A DNA stretch of 63,678 bases, counting the filler, from Intoshia linei (lineage: Eukaryota; Animalia; Orthonectida): NCBI GenBank assembly GCA_001642005.1. It is 6 parts of 6 records of this genome, joined end to end, with 100 filler letters (N's around TTAATTAATTAA, not from the genome) between each part and the next. Parts side by side here need not be neighbours in the genome. Positions count along the whole stretch, not along the records: positions 1 to 30,026 come from LWCA01000374.1; positions 30,127 to 34,730 come from LWCA01001911.1; positions 34,831 to 41,820 come from LWCA01001623.1; 3 more parts are not named here. One strand, written 5' to 3'. Both the position numbers and the translations under genes were made by a program. The first letter of the stretch is position 1. Each line of letters begins with the position of its first letter. Shown here piece by piece: positions 24,301 to 37,164 of the stretch. The notes under the pieces were generated by a model. That model ran no database searches. It was not told where the DNA came from and saw only the letters and a program-made list of their open reading frames with translations.

Positions 24301-26459
24301 AAACAATACTTAACACTACCGATGACGTTACGTTACCATCTAAATTTTAGAAAATCTTCACAGTAGCGTAATTAATCAAGAAATAATTAGAAGAATCAAG
24401 TAATTTGATTAAATTTAACAGACATTTTATAATATCATCTAACCCTGTGGTTCCCACACATTTTTCACGGCGGACCAGGAATGAATTATACAATTTATCG
24501 CGGACCATTCAAGTGAAATTACCCTTTTTTAAATATGATACAGTGTTTAATTTCATTAACATTATCTTAAATCTCAACTGTATAAACTTACATTACGTAT
24601 TAATGATTAACGCTTCAGATTGCATAATTTTAAAAATGAAAAAAGCCCAGAATTTAAAAAATATCACTGCTAGTAGTTATTTACAATTTAAATACAATTT
24701 TTTTTTCAATCTTATAAATTTACGTCTTCAATTTCAAAAAACCACTTTATTTTAATTTTTTTTATTTGGTAAGTATTTTATTCTATAGTATTTATAGAAA
24801 AACTATTCAATAACTAATATCTTAATATTAAAAAAGGATTATTCGGATAGATTTTATTTCAATTTATCTAGAGAAAAAAATTAACACCACAAGTTTACGT
24901 ATTTCTCGTCAAAAATTACTTTATATATTATCAACCAATGTTTTTCTAATTTTTGAATTACAAAAACATAAAAATAGCAAATATTCATCCAACAATTTCA
25001 AAAAAAAATGAGAATTGACAGTATACATATTTGAAATACAGAAAAATGGTTTTCAATCCCATCATTTGATACCTACTGTTTTTTTATCATTGCTACACAA
25101 TTTATCATTTGAAAAAGCTTAGAATCAAATGAAGCATAACTTTGTTAATTATCATTTTGATATTTATTTCAATTATGATAACATTCTTCCATCTGAAATG
25201 TGTTTTTAAATAGGCTGAATCCGTTTAATTTAAAAATATCTGTCTTAAAATTAATAAATTCGTCCTTGACAGAGCTAGCAGTTTGTAAAAAGTACATAAC
25301 ATTAAGGCTAAAATTATATAAAAATATTGATTTTAATAATTACACAATTTATAGAGTAAGTATACTCTCCAAATCCACGTCGACTGCAAAACATAGTAAT
25401 AAACCGCATATGTAAATTATTGTGGCAATTCATAAATTCTTTTATATTTGCCGTATATTTACTTTTACGTTTATAGCCAAACAAAATATTTGAGGAAAAT
25501 AAAGATTTTGCACATTTTTTGACATTATCCATTAATTTACTTGAATTACCAAATTCACAAAATAAATATTCAGGTAAATTAAAAGTTTTATAACTTGATA
25601 AAACTTGTTGAAGTGTTATTTGTATTTTTAGACTAGACCCAACTGCTAGAATATTACCAATTCTACCAAAAGAAAAATCGTTTTTGGGAATTTTTACAAA
25701 ATTGGCTTTACAAGTGTCATATTTTGTAAATTGTACATCTCGCCAACTGTTAAATAATTTTGCATTTTCGCAGGTCAGGGTATTCCTATTTTTTTTTTTA
25801 TATTTTGATATAGTTGCAAATTTATTGTAATTCTGCATTTCCAATTTTGATTCACTTGTAAATGCATTTAATTTGGTTTTAAATATAGAGGACATGATCA
25901 TCAATGTTAATAATCGTACTTTTATTTCTTTATTGAATAAATTACATATATTATAACGGTTTACCATAAAATCGCAAGAACACTAAATAATAATATTTAA
26001 TTTTTTATTTTTTATTAAAAAAAATTTAATTGAATTAAAATTACTTGTTGATAAAAATAGGAAAATAGTTGATAATTATTGGTCATTAATTGGTGTATAT
26101 TTAGATCAATATACTCTAATCTCAATTCCAGTCTTATGACAACATTATAATCTATTTTTAGAATTTGAAAAAGCCCACAAAGTTTCATTTTTCTGTCGAG
26201 AATGATTGTATTTTCAATTATATCAATTATATCAATTGTAGGTATTAAATATAGTGCAAATTGTTCACTTTCGTTCAAATTTAAATAAGATTGTAAATAT
26301 ATTATTAAATCCTAAATAAAAATGTAATTATAGATTATGTTAGTATATTAAATATGATACCTCGACAGTTTTAGTAATGTCAAATGTAATTGTTTGCGGA
26401 GGGCATACGTATAAACAAACGCGAAAATTTACACCATTGGACATTATAAATTGATTCAT
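15332..26459 (-). CDS. FRMPD1/3/4-like FERM-domain protein with C-terminal helical bundle, about 10 exons
   Basis: Exons give FSYFYQQ|CSCDFMVNRY..VRLLTL, LIIDVRYGISL and EVVRGYCNLL, matching FRMPD FERM (YLYVQSCNDVV, LVGPRYGISH, AGYYRLL). The terminal exon 17505-15332 ends in NKE..QSRLLVSESK..LMKQATQFANVL, like FRMPD C-termini. Junction phases are consistent. Confidence 0.75.
18651..20452 (+). mobile_element. Full-length decayed Tigger/pogo DNA transposon in an FRMPD intron
   Basis: 24-bp TIRs CAGTGGTTTCTGT(T/A)CAATATGAAT with TA TSD. Broken transposase: CENP-B HTH (LYQWF..SGIILKEKA..FKASTGWL), FNCDETGLFF and PLDQGIIKSFKDHYR. Confidence 0.95.
21421..21900 (+). mobile_element. Helitron subtype B 5' portion
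   Basis: Starts A|TCCTTTACTAATATAAAATT. The body is colinear with 1-480 and 47290-47720. Confidence 0.75.
22996..23250 (-). mobile_element. Helitron subtype A 5' fragment
   Basis: Reverse complement of about 27200-27420. Confidence 0.75.
24560..25311 (+). mobile_element. Diverged Helitron 3' half
   Basis: Similar to 27450-28080. Ends GACAGAGCTAG..GTTTGTA..GTACATAACA. Confidence 0.6.
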
Positions 26460-27195
26460 TTTTTGAAATGAATACAGTTTATATGTAGTAATTTACCTAT
26501 CTCGGAATCATTACTTCAACTATTGTTAATCGCATTATTAATTATCACGATGAATATCCAAAGAAATACTGATTTAGTAGCAGTTTATTTAGATGTCACA
26601 AGATATACATTGTTAATGTCCTAGATTGGATACAGTAATGTAATCCAAGCCTGGTAATGTTTATGATATAGTCCATTATTTTAAATCTTGTAAATTTCTA
26701 CAATTATGCAAATCGTATCTGATTAATATTCAAATTTACTATATTTGCAAAATAACTCACTTGTAAATAAATATTTAACATGTCTTTTGTACAATGTACC
26801 TTGTACACTGATTTACTTTTACAAATTTATGCTACTGTCTGAAAATTTCTTGTCAACAAACATAATATATATTATTTAATACGTATAATAAAAATTTACA
26901 AAAGTTTATTTGAAAACTGTGAAAGTTATTAGTCTGTGATATTGATTACTCATAGTTTTATGTAACTATAATTCATGTCTTAAACTCAATTACAATAAAT
27001 AGATACAAGTATTGTATTTGTGCTCCTAATATCCTTTAGCCACATAAAGTTTAATGTTTGCGTGCGTGTTTCGGATTATTTAAAAAAACATAAATATTCA
27101 ATATAATTACACTATAATTTTAAAAAAAATTTATTTTTGATGAATAGTAATTATAAAGTTAGGTAAATAGAATTTTTTTTATTATGGATATTATA

Positions 27196-28515
27196 ATATA
27201 ATATGCTACGCAATATCAGTTTGTGTTTGTGTGTTTCCGTTTATTTTAATAACTACCAGTCTTATAATTTTATAAAGTCCACATTTCAATTACAGTTTTT
27301 TCCAGGTGTTAGCAAAATAAATTTCAAACTCCAAAACTCACATCGTATGGGTCAAAAACTCTAATTGTCCTTTTTTTTGAAAATCAAACGAGTTGGAGAA
27401 TTTAAAAAAATTATATTTAGGGCCAAAACCACAAATTACCTTTTTTTTTATTATGAAAACTGCCCTAAAATTCAAAAAAAATTGCAGGTGGTACAGTTGT
27501 ATTTTGTTAAGACACAAAAAATTTCAATCTGAATAAGTGACGCTTTCACGGTCAAAAAAGTACCTTAATATTCATTTTTTTTATTTCGAAACTATTTTAT
27601 TGAAACAAAAAATTTGAAATAATTAACTGTCCGAAAATTAAGAAAAAAGATTTTTCTGATAGAGCTTATTCTAGTTGATATAAATACAAAATATTTTAAC
27701 GACAGAATTTTACGTATTCCCGGTGAAAAATGATTTTTAATATATTAGCAACCAATATTTTTCAAATATTACAATTAAAATAAAAATATTGATCCTACAA
27801 TTTCAAAAAAAGTGTGCATTGAACGTCTACACATTTCTATAAAGAAAATCTATATAATTCATTGCTTCGAAATTTTTTTCATTGGTACGCAATTTTTAAA
27901 TTTCAAATTCTCATTTTCAAAACATTTTGTATAAAATTTAAATAAAATCTACAACAACGACTACTAAAAGTAATACAACTTTGTATAATCATTTTTATAT
28001 TTATTACAATCCTTTGCAATATTGGTAAAATTCGCCTGAAATATGTTTATAAAGTGAAGATTCGGTTAATTATTTTATACAAATTAGTATTTTTAAGTAT
28101 TTATTAAATTGGTACTGAATATATATCATCACATTGAAAATGACAAAATAGATTTTTATTATTTTATTTTTCTGGAATTTATGGTATTTATGACAATTTT
28201 TAGAATTGGACTGTTTTTACTTTATTTTTAATATTATACACATTCTGTCTAATTAATTAAAAAAATGGGATAACAATTGTTTTTAAAATTTTTTACGCAA
28301 ATGTTAACAAACAAAAAATTAAGATGGAATAAAATTCACTTTAAAATAAAAAAGTAATGTGATATGATGGAACCACTCTTTTAAAGGATTGATAATAGTA
28401 AATAGTAGGATTTTTAAGTTAGATTTTCAACGTGAATTTATTTTTTAAGTATAATAAAAATTGCCTTCAGCAGAGCTAGGTCCTGTTTGTACGTAGTACA
28501 TAACAGTCAACCTAG
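27196..28515 (+). mobile_element. Near-complete about 1.3-kb non-autonomous Helitron (subtype A)
   Basis: Begins ATATAATATGCTACGC. Ends with hairpin CTGTTTGTAC-GTA-GTACATAACAG then CCTAG|T at 28515. Confidence 0.88.
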
Positions 28516-28815
28516 TATTATATAACTAAGGATATATACGTTTACAACTAGAACCATCTACGGCTTTTACATAATTATTTTTTGACATATTATGCATTTC
28601 ATCTTCTTATTATCTGTATCTTTATCATATAAACAGTTATTACATCCAGATATCATATACGTGCATACTAAATTGAGAATGTTATTAATGATAAATAATC
28701 ATAATGAACACTAAATATGATTTTGAAATATAAATGACATTTCAAAAAATTTAAATTTTAAAGAACGTTTCAAAAATAATTTGCAAAAATTTTTGTAATC
28801 TTATATCCCTTAGCC

Positions 28816-29112
28816 CAGGGGTTCACAACCTTTCTACCTATTCAGCCGCGACGCTACTTTACTCATTGATACTACGGCCGCACAAAATTTACTTTGACAA
28901 TGAGAAAGTTTAAATCCATATTGAAAATAGGCCAAAGTCAAAAATGTAACGTTGTGATACAAATATTGAATAGTCTTTGAATAAAATCTGATTAAAACTT
29001 TTCAATTTGAATTAAATGATATATTGCATTATCATCACATGGATTACCGACGGCCGTAAATAAACGCCCTCAGGCCGCATTCTGCCGTACAACTGCAAGT
29101 TGTGCACCCCTG
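28816..29112. mobile_element. hAT (Buster/Charlie-type) MITE, 297 bp
   Basis: TIRs CAGGGGT(T/G)CACAAC. 8-bp TSD CCTTAGCC/CCTTAGAC with central TA. Confidence 0.88.
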
Positions 29113-30026
29113 CCTTAGACACTTTGATTGTATTTTTATATATGAAATTATACAAAAGCTAATAAGCTTTCATAAGTTACTAGCTTCGATATATTATAAC
29201 CAAATCCAAAGGAAAAACAATTTAAACCATTATCAGTATTACAAGTAGCACAGTCAGTTATAACTCCAATGCAATCTGAATACAAAATTTTATCAATTAT
29301 AAATTATCATAACGAACAATAAATATGATTTTGAAATATAAATGATATTTCAAAAAATTATGGCTGTTACGAAGATAAACACGACATATTTTGTGAAAGT
29401 TTTTAGTCGTTTACAAGTTAGTTAAAAAAATATCGCATTTCAAAAATGTAATATTTTATCTTGTCACGTTTTGAAACATCCCAGGTGGTTGTGCTGTAAT
29501 AAAATATTTATAATTTATTACGTTTTTTAGTTTTTGTTCCGTCGCAATACTTTCTGTAATTTTTTGTGTCACATACTAAACGAATAAATAATGTTTATTA
29601 ACACATTTAAATATTAAGCCGTTTTTTATTGCAACAAATGCAAAAATATTAAAAATTAAATGTTATTTTCGTGTATGAACACTAAAAAATTAAAAATAAA
29701 AATGCGCAATGACAATTATGAAACACCATATTCATTACGCATTATTTTTTTTCGTCAGTACATATTTCCTATATTTTGGTTTAGCATGTTTTATTTCATT
29801 TAACTCATTTCTCAATTTTTTTGGTTTCAATATCTAACTTAACGGGGCAATTCTATGTGAAAACGACAAATTTTTTTAAAATTATTAACCTGACTCTTTT
29901 TGATTTTGACGATATATACATTAAAAAATGCGAAAATTGAATAGTTTAAGAATCACTTTAAAAAGTCTATACTTGGGTAGTATTGAAAGCATGAAAACTA
30001 TATTTATATATTATATACATATATAT

Positions 30027-30126
30027 NNNNNNNNNNNNNNNNNNNNNNNNNNNNNNNNNNNNNNNNNNNNTTAATTAATTAANNNNNNNNNNNNNNNNNN
30101 NNNNNNNNNNNNNNNNNNNNNNNNNN
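30027..30126. other. Artificial contig spacer N44-TTAATTAATTAA-N44 (also 34731-34830, 41821-41920, 54177-54276, 62246-62345)
   Basis: Five identical 100-bp blocks with a core giving stops in all six frames. Confidence 0.97.
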
Positions 30127-30432
30127 GTTAGTAGAGCCTTTCACTTTTACAAAAACCCCATTTTAAAATTAAAATTGATATACATAAAAGAAAATAAAAC
30201 AATTCATATTAATCATCTAATATGAAACTACCTATTAATAACATGAAAAGTATTTAAATAATTCTTTTAAACTATATTTAATTCATACGTATACAATAAT
30301 ATTACAATTAATTATACATACAGCTTTCATAACAACTATCATTATGATTTATGTAATGGAATACGAGGTACAACTTGTACTAGAACTACAATCACTATTA
30401 TTCGGTCTGATTTTTTTACTATTGGAATAATT

Positions 30433-31580
30433 AGTTGATCCTTTTTTTAATTTCAATAATTTTTCGTCTTGTTCACGTTTATTCCTTATTATTAATTTTA
30501 ATTCAAAATGAGTATCATTTTCACACAAACCAAATCTTTGTATAATCTCATTTGTTAAACAAACACAAATATCGAAATCTATATTGAAATGACTGTGATC
30601 CCATCTGTAAATTTAAGGAAAAATAGAAAATGATTTTTTTAATCTCCCCAAAAAATCTTTTCACGCATCCACGTTTTGATGCTAATTCTGACTGATAGTG
30701 TATTTCATCGGGTTTTACGAGTAAAGGACGATTCATTGCAAATTTTCTCAATTCGGGAGTCTCACAACTATTATCCAAATACCCTGAATCCAAAACAACT
30801 CCCCATCTCGAATCTATATCCAATGATTTTTCTTCAGATAGTAATTTTTTAAGATAATCAACGTAATTTATATAATTACGTTTAAAAGCAGAGAAATCAT
30901 GCTCGCTTCCTAAAAAACCTTTTTGAGAAAATAGGGCATAATGAAGAGGAGTTGTCATGACTGCAACCTCCTTTTTAATGGCATTTATTTTATTTTTAGA
31001 ATCGTACATTTTCTTAGCATTACTTTCAATTCCATGTGGTCTGAATACCTTCAATGAGGTACTATTAATAGCTAAAGACAAATAAGGATAATTTACTTCC
31101 ATGGCTATTAGGGGCTTTCTATAATTCCACCATTTTTGCGACAAATATTGATAAAATGGAGAACGCATTCGATCTATACTTTTTTGAATTAGATTTGTAG
31201 TAAATCCAAATATTTTGGCGATCAATTTAAATTCATGGCCGTGTTTTAGCAATAAAAAAAAAATTATTACTGAATCTAGACTGCACATTTTAAGCGACCT
31301 TTTTCTTTTTCCGGTTTGATTCATAATCCCTAAAATATTTATTAAATTTTTTATTCGCTAATATTTTAAAATATACGTACCTTCTATTCCATGGTGTAAA
31401 ATTATTATTTCATCTTTAGTAAAGTTGAGATGTTGTAAGAATGAGTTGTCAGAGTCAAAAAATTGATAACATATTTGTAAAATCTTCTGTGAGTTCAACC
31501 ACATCTTCTAATCTATGTCAAAATTTCTATTTTTATTTTTTTTGATAATTGTTCAAGTAACTTTCGATTAATATTCATGC
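30433..31580 (-). pseudogene. PIF/Harbinger-superfamily (DDE_Tnp_4-like) transposase remnant with an intron
   Basis: LAINSTS..RP, GSEHD, VLDSGY and R..VKRFFG.IK motifs. GT-AG intron at about 31330-31380. Frameshifts at homopolymers. Confidence 0.75.
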
Positions 31581-32869
31581 TGTAATTTAAATTTTTGTTT
31601 TCGATGTGTACAGTTGTTAAACGTTAAGGTTTAAAAATTGAGGTGATAAAGCGTTAAAATCACAAAATAAATAAAAATTGTTAACGTAAACCTGAAAATT
31701 TAATTTAATTTTTAGTTTAATTGATCAAAATATAAATTTTTTCATTATTAAATTATTCACTTGCATCATGTAAAGTTATGGTATGTCAAATTCAAATGTA
31801 CACTTGTAAAATTCGTTGTAACCATTAGCAACGGGTGTTAATAGATATTGTTGCTATATTGAATAAATACCATTCTTATGCAATATTTCTTAGATATTTC
31901 TATAAAATCAATCGGTAGTCATATAGTAACGTTAATTTCAATACTACTCAATATAATTCGATAATGATCATATAATTTCAATATTGATAGTTATAATAAC
32001 TATATTTTAATATTATCGTGTTTTATCCATTTTTTTTTCATAATACACCATAATATACAATATATGCATGGAAAGCGATGATATACTCGAGGTTAGATGC
32101 ATTTAAATTAAATTTAATACACTTTTATATGAATCGAATTAGTTGTATACAGCGAAGAAATCTTTGTATAGTAATTTTGTATATTTAATACTTTTCTTAG
32201 GTGGCGAGAAACTTAAATACAGAAACTGAAATCGCTGTAACAACTGTCTGGACAGTTGTTTAGTAGAAGATAGATAGTAGTAAATAAATAAATAATTGAA
32301 ATTAAATTGAACTGAACTTTAAATTTTGACTGTTCCGCTTTTGGGGTGTTCCGTCTTTGGTATTCTACAAGAAGTAATTACATTTTTTGTAGTCTTTAAT
32401 ACTCCCATGTACCCGTGAACGTGTAATGATGTTAATAATGTCAACAACTCCTACGATTATGATTACAATAAATCATTCCCCAATATATAAATGATTTTAA
32501 TAATTTTACCTTTTGATCCATTTATTTGCACAATCTAAGACTTTTAGTCGAATTAAATCATTTATATAAAATCAGGCAAAGCGGGTTGTCTATGCACCAT
32601 TTGATTCATAAAATTTTATTAATTTAGACAGTAAATTTTTGAAAATAAACTTATTCCAATTCTATTTAAATGGGTTGTACACTCCGTCCACTAATTTTAA
32701 AGACAACTTGATATTATGACAAAGCTTTCTTATAAGAAATATTTTTGAAAATTGACATGCAGTATAAGCACGTGACAACGTTGCAACCATTACAAATTAT
32801 TTTTAAAAAAACCAAAATAAAAAAAGGTATTAATAAAATAGTTACCCTCATACCTTCCATATTTAGATT

Positions 32870-33000
32870 GCACGTGTTTGCCAGTTTAATAAACGTTGTA
32901 TCAACGATCTTCAGCCATGTACTCATCGCTATTCGTAGTTCACCTAGATTACTATATTGTTTACTTTCAGCATAGAGTTGTCTGGCCATGATACCCCATA
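32870..33000 (-). pseudogene. Tc1/mariner transposase C-terminal fragment
   Basis: WGIMARQLYAESKQYSNLGELRIA..TW resembles Tc1 W..L.R.VY...RQF....EL..AI..W. Confidence 0.6.
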
Positions 33001-34830
33001 CATATATTTTGTATGTATATGTATTATATATATGTCACAATATTTTGCTCCAAGAATAAAAATTTTTTCGTTTTCTGACAATTTAAGACCTTTAGGCTTA
33101 TTCTATCTTAATAAAAAATATAAAATTCATAATAATCGTATACATAATATGTAATTATAGTTTAATTATGATTTGTGTTTTTATAATTGTGGACATGTTA
33201 TTTAATGTGATTTTAACTATTTTATTAATAAATTCTTAAATTTTAATTTTTTCAAAAATATATTAACGAATAAGGAAGCTATGTCACAATATCATTTTGT
33301 ATTTAAAATTAGTGTATATTCAGCATTTCCCAAAAGGGAAGTTAATGCTCGAAACTGGATCTAAAATATCCTTAATGAGATGGGATTATTACAATATTAT
33401 TACTCTTACATAAATATATAGTCAAAGGTCGCGAAAATTATTGCGGTTAATTGGGATAGATCCTTTCCAACTTTGACTACCGCTGATTGCAATTATATTG
33501 CATGTAAATTGTTTAATATGACATTTTTTAGGTTGTAATTTTATTTTACCATAATAATACAATAAAGGTAATTAAATATTTGTAATAATATTTTAAATAG
33601 TTAGTAAATATTTTTAATTTAGATAAATTTTATTTTTTACATGTCATTAGTTGATTTAATTTTGTATTCAGTTGATATTTCTGAAGGTTAGTTTTTGAGT
33701 AAGATTTATGACATCATGATATCAATACATACGTTATATAAATTATATGGAGTTAAATTATAATTAAATTACGCAAAATTTTGCTATATAATACATCATA
33801 TTGTATATATGATATATTTATAATATAAATTATATATATCATAATACATATTGTACACTTTATAAATGCAGTCTAGTTTATATAATTTCAAACCTATACT
33901 TATGTTTATAAGCTTAAATTTTGTATAAGTAACATTATATCCAAGGGTGCTTTCTCAATTTAGATTATTTACTTGTTTTTGGACCGCACTAATATTAGTA
34001 CGGTACAAATAAATGTACATGATAGAACTCAGCTAGCACAAATTAAAAATTTTAAATTAAAACTTAATAAATAATATCATAGAATGTAATATATTTATAA
34101 CTTAACTACATATATATTATATAAAAATACATTTATATGTATATGTGTATGTATATTACGGATAATTATTAATTTTTTAACCTTTTGAACGAATTTTATA
34201 AATTAAAAAAAGACAGGACATGTATCGTAGTTTTAAAATATTACTGAAATGTAAAAAATTTTTAAATGCATTATTTTTTTTACTATATTTAGAGTATGCT
34301 TAATAATTGTTTCAATTTTTAAAAAATGTGCCCAAATGGGACACCCTAATATTTATAATTATGATTTACAGTTTACATTGTACATATTATAATTTAAATT
34401 TAATCAATAAATTGTATATTTGGATTTATAGATGGTAATTATACATAATTTTTAATATAAAACAGTTATATTCGATTTTAACTTTTCATTATTGTATAAA
34501 TGGAATTTGTATCCAGGTTTACAAAGAAAAAGTATTAAAATATGTCAAAATGACAAATATGTAAAATATAATTTTAATGATAATTTTTTAGTTTTTAGTC
34601 AGATTTTGAATTTTTAACGCACGTAGTCGTGCTATTATCAGAGTTACATTGCATTTGCTAAGTGTAAACAATGTTGTAATATTATATGACAAGTCTGTTA
34701 TGTTGTTAGGTGTCATTGTAAAGTGTGCTTNNNNNNNNNNNNNNNNNNNNNNNNNNNNNNNNNNNNNNNNNNNNTTAATTAATTAANNNNNNNNNNNNNN
34801 NNNNNNNNNNNNNNNNNNNNNNNNNNNNNN

Positions 34831-35235
34831 ATCACATTGAAAATGACAAAATAAGTTTTTATAATTTTATTTTTTCTGGAATTTTAGGCTATTTATGATA
34901 ATTTTTAGGATTGTACTGTTTTTACTTTATTTTTAATATTATACACACATTCAGACTAATAAATTAAAAAAATTGGATAACAATTGTTTTTAAAATTCTT
35001 TACGCAAATGTTAAAACACAAAAAATTAAGATATAATAATTCACTTTAAAGTAAAGTGATATGACGGTTCCACCTGAAACAAATTTGGGAACCACTCCTT
35101 TAAATGATTGATAATAGTGAATAGTAGGATTTTTAAGTTAGATTTTCAACATGAATTTATTTTTTTGGTATAATAAAAGAGTTCCCTCGGCAGAGCTAGG
35201 TGCTGTTTGTACGTAGTACAAAACTGCCAAGCTAG
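34831..35235 (+). mobile_element. Helitron 3' portion
   Basis: Colinear with 28128-28515. Ends with the hairpin then GCTAG|T. Confidence 0.88.
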
Positions 35236-36058
35236 TTATTTTATATAAGAAGGATATACAGTAAACTAAAATTAATACTGGGATTAAAATTTTAATTAGA
35301 ATGTATTGTTACATTAATTAAGTGTGAAATTCACACTGTGAATGATAAATTTATCAAAATTAATCCTGATTTGATATTACCTACTTCAAAAATCTATTTA
35401 TTTATATCTTTACTCCAGTATAAGGGTGGTCGATTTGCTGGTACCAGAAAATTTATTTAAATATCAGTATTCTGTCTATAACTAGCCATTCTTGAGATTT
35501 AGAAAAAGTTGGCGAGATAGAGAATTTAAAATTATAGAAACATCAGATAAAACCTTTAACTTAAAGGTTAAATTTAATAAAAAATAACTTGACTTTTTGA
35601 AAAATCGTTTTAAAACTTTTATTTTATAGTTTAAATTAATGGCAAGTTATAAAGTTCTGAAGAGAATACAGTATATAAGTGACTAATTTGTAAAATGTAA
35701 ACTGAATGCAATGACGCTATTGAATCTCAAATTTTTAATGTTTACAACTCAGCACTCGGAAAAATGGATTTTTCTTTCATGGTTGCTAAAATTTTGGTTT
35801 TTTATTATTATAGGTTGGATTAATAGTTTTTTCTCGTGATGTTTGGTAAAATCGTAGTTTTTAAATAAATATAGGAAGAGATTTAACTGAACTTAAGGGT
35901 TGGTAACATTAGATTTTTTATTTTGGCGTTGGATTAAAAGGTTTTTCGTAAAATTGTAAAAAGGGGGATTTTACATTAAGGGCTTGAAATTGTATTTTTT
36001 ATTTAATTTTATTGATGGTGTAGTTGATTTCAAAAAATAATACTTTAGCGGTCGTCTA

Positions 36059-36377
36059 CTGTCTTTTCTCGATTATAAGAAGTCTTCTTATATTCGAGAA
36101 TAGAAGGAAAAATGCTTATAATCAAAAACAAGCAGACTTTTAAGCAGACCTTGAAAAATATAAAAAATACAGTAAAAGTTTTTTCTAATTAGTATAAACT
36201 TATAAATTAGACCTTGTATTGTATGAAATAAATTATTTTTTCGAAATAAATTGATATGTTGTCTATTTTTTGTTTAAAGTTCTTTCTTTCAAATACAAGC
36301 AGAAACTGCTTATATTCAAATTTTATTCAGTTAAAAATTTGTATTTCAGGGGTCTGTTTATAATCGAGAAAAGACAG
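36059..36377. mobile_element. pogo/Tc1-type MITE, 319 bp
   Basis: Perfect 20-bp TIR CTGTCTTTTCTCGATTATAA with TA on both sides. A solo copy of the end lies at about 10785. Confidence 0.9.
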
Positions 36378-36902
36378 TAGGCTTTGGGATAAAATCACAA
36401 TATCTGGCAACTCTGCAATAATTTATTTTACAAAAATAAGCTAATTTTTTAATTTTGCTGGTACTAATACCAGTACGTGCTGGTGACACCTTTGATCATG
36501 TATCATGTGTAAATTTTCAAAACTTGGCCTGTACAATTTTTTGATATAAAAAAGTGACCTACGAGATGCAAAAGGTGGCCTACCCCTGTACTAGATACTT
36601 TCAATCATCAGAGTTAATAAATAAATATGAATGTTATTGGGAATGACAAAAACACTTTTTACAAACTTTTTCTAAAAAAATGAAAAATAACCACTAAAAT
36701 GATTAATTGATGTAAAACCTTCAAAAATGATAAATAGAGTTTACCATTTATCTATCAAAGATATTTTCACATCAAATAAATAAATCATTACAAAATAAAT
36801 TAGAATCATTGACTCATCATAACAATATTTATACATTTTTTAAATTGGTAAATGACACATTTTTATAGTACTCATGACAGAATTTCAAACATTGATCTAA
36901 AT

Positions 36903-37164
36903 TAATGGGCACCAAAATTTTTGACATAGGCCGGAATAACTAAAAGAGAATCCGCGGGCCAGATTGAAAATTACGATTTAAATTTTAAATTAATGAATTA
37001 ATAAGTTTCTCATGATCTAGAAAAGACAAGTCGATAGTATATATTTAAAATCTAAACCGATGATATATGATAATTTGTAAGATATCACCGGTATATTTTG
37101 TAATAGATTTGTAATTCATGAGTCGGATAAAATTCAATCGCGGGTCGTAGTTTGGTGTCCACTG
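36903..37164. mobile_element. hAT MITE, 262 bp
   Basis: Perfect 8-bp TSD ATCTAAAT (36895-36902, 37165-37172). TIRs TAATGGGCACCAAA / CAGTGGACACCAAA. Confidence 0.85.

Noticed and set aside
30071-30082. TTAATTAATTAA repeated five times at segment boundaries
   Set aside because: It is always centred in an identical 100-bp N block, so it is an assembly or concatenation linker.
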